DNA of 64,000 nt from Lytechinus pictus. Lineage: Eukaryota. The position numbers were made by a program, and so were the translations under genes. The stretch covers positions 3,038,001-3,102,000 of the forward strand of contig NC_087246.1 of the NCBI RefSeq assembly GCF_037042905.1, given 5' to 3'. The notes under the pieces are model-generated. The model saw only the letters and a program-made list of their open reading frames with translations, was not told where the DNA came from and did not search any database. This document shows positions 62,498-64,000 of this stretch, one piece after another. Every line of letters starts with the position of its first letter. The stretch's first letter is position 1.

Positions 62498-64000
62498 GTA
62501 ATTATCTATCTTTCCCAGCTCTCTTTTTATACATACCATTTGTAATGATATAAGGTCCCAATGTATACACTGTTCCTGTTTGTTCCCCTATTTATCTTCA
62601 GTAATCTTGCTCAAATATTCAAACCGAGATACCAGTGTTCAGGTTTGATTGAGTCTCTGACAACTTCCTATTTCAATCTTTTTTAGGCTTTCTTTGTACA
62701 TCACATACAAGGCTGTTCTGATTGCTATTTCATTAAACCATTCATAAGGTTACATATGCCCTTTTGCATTACTGGTGACCTTTTCTTGTGCCAAATGATA
62801 CATGTAGTTGTGCATCAAAAAATATTATATTCCAGTCATGCTTGAAGTTGCACATAAAGTTAAGCGTAACTTACGTATAATGAAACACTACCCCGGCCTT
62901 GCTGCATTTATAACATCTGTGAATATACAGTATATTTCAGGAATAATTACATTTTGATAAGGTGCAAATGTAAATCAGAGTAAAGCAATAAACACATGTG
63001 CATACACTCTCTAATATAAGGGCTAATCTGTGCCCATCTTGGAGTTCAATTCTGCTTGACAAGCAAAAAATTGTATCCATAATTTCTTTCATGTTCCTAG
63101 TCCATTAGAATTCTGGATAAAAAAAAATTATTAGGTTAATGACGTACTGTTGAATAGGTTGCTTATTATTTATCTGGCGGCTGTCTCATAAAAATATTCT
63201 TAAGTTTCATGTTACTTTTCAACAATTTTGAACTCAATTGGAACATAAACTAAGTGATTACTTAGATTTTCAGTCATTTAAATTTGTAGGTATATCAGCT
63301 TAAGTTGAAATATGACCTTTGTTTCTTTAACACAGCCTTGAATGAACGTATTATTTGTCAAAAGGTTATCGGAAATTCTTTCCCACTTTAACATCAGGGC
63401 AAATTTGAGGTATGTCATGTAGTATAAAAATGTTTTAGTCATTTTTAAGGTAATGCATATATAACAAACAAACCATTTTATTATACACATCCATGTCCTT
63501 GATATACTGTAGCCTGTATACTCTTAATGGAGGTCAAGACTCTGTTTTAATATCACTTGTTTTTTTTTCTTTGATAGATATATCTCTGATGCTACAGCAG
63601 CTATCATCATTTCTATTTTACTCTTCATCTTTCCAGCATATCCTCCTTGGTTCTTAAGAATCTTCAAGATTTTTAGACAAGAAGATGGTATGTAAATCAT
63701 TTGTTTACCTATATCCATGACCTCTTTTGAAGGGGGGGGGGGTGTTTGAACAGATGCACAAATGGTGAAATGTTCTTGGGTTTGTGCAATATTTAATAGG
63801 GCCAAGTTTTCCCATGAGTTTCAACAAAGTGTGGCTGAATTTTTCTATATAATCTAATTTGAAGTTATGGCAAATAATGATAACTCTATTTTCTGTTACC
63901 ATTTGACAACAATAAATTTAATCTATGTAGAGAAAAGATATCAACTACAGCTGATGGGAATAAAAAAGAATATGATCCAGATGTGTTCTAAGTCCTGCAT

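Noticed and set aside
19640-62810. Recurrent TACATGTA / TACTAGTA palindromes as specific regulatory sites
   Set aside because: Scattered through introns without positional pattern; most likely a genome-wide compositional or simple-repeat bias, and enrichment cannot be tested here.
1-64000. Functional gene cluster linking SLC27, collagen-like, RNF10 and SLC13
   Set aside because: No shared pathway or operon-like structure is evident; adjacency in an animal genome is not evidence of a system.

Overview
This is not prokaryotic DNA. It is an AT-rich, intron-containing animal genomic window; the repeat landscape suggests an invertebrate deuterostome such as a sea urchin (inference). Four spliced protein-coding genes were reconstructed by hand with GT-AG junctions and consistent reading-frame phases. 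(1) The first coding exon of a minus-strand SLC27/FATP-type very-long-chain acyl-CoA synthetase, running off the left edge. (2) A complete 6-exon secreted short-chain collagen C4-like gene (4059-8544, 391 aa). (3) A complete 17-exon RNF10 RING E3 ligase gene (17541-32900, about 933 aa) with a 6 x 51-bp coding tandem repeat. (4) The first 10 coding exons of an SLC13 Na+/carboxylate or sulfate cotransporter (38464-62497, continuing beyond the window) with a long N-terminal extension. Introns and intergenic DNA are dense in mobile elements: two CR1/L2-group LINEs (one 5'-truncated with a near-intact RT, one keeping the endonuclease but lacking the RT), tRNA-derived SINEs, hAT-like, Harbinger-like and Kolobok-like MITEs with visible TIRs/TSDs, Helentron/DINE-1-like elements, and an 11 x 67-bp minisatellite. 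I found no CRISPR array, operon or clearly new multi-gene system. The best leads are the SLC13 N-terminus with a possible alternative promoter, the splice-acceptor-bearing minisatellite, the RNF10 coding repeat, and two short locally templated insertions inside mobile elements. Family assignments come from recalled motifs, not database searches.
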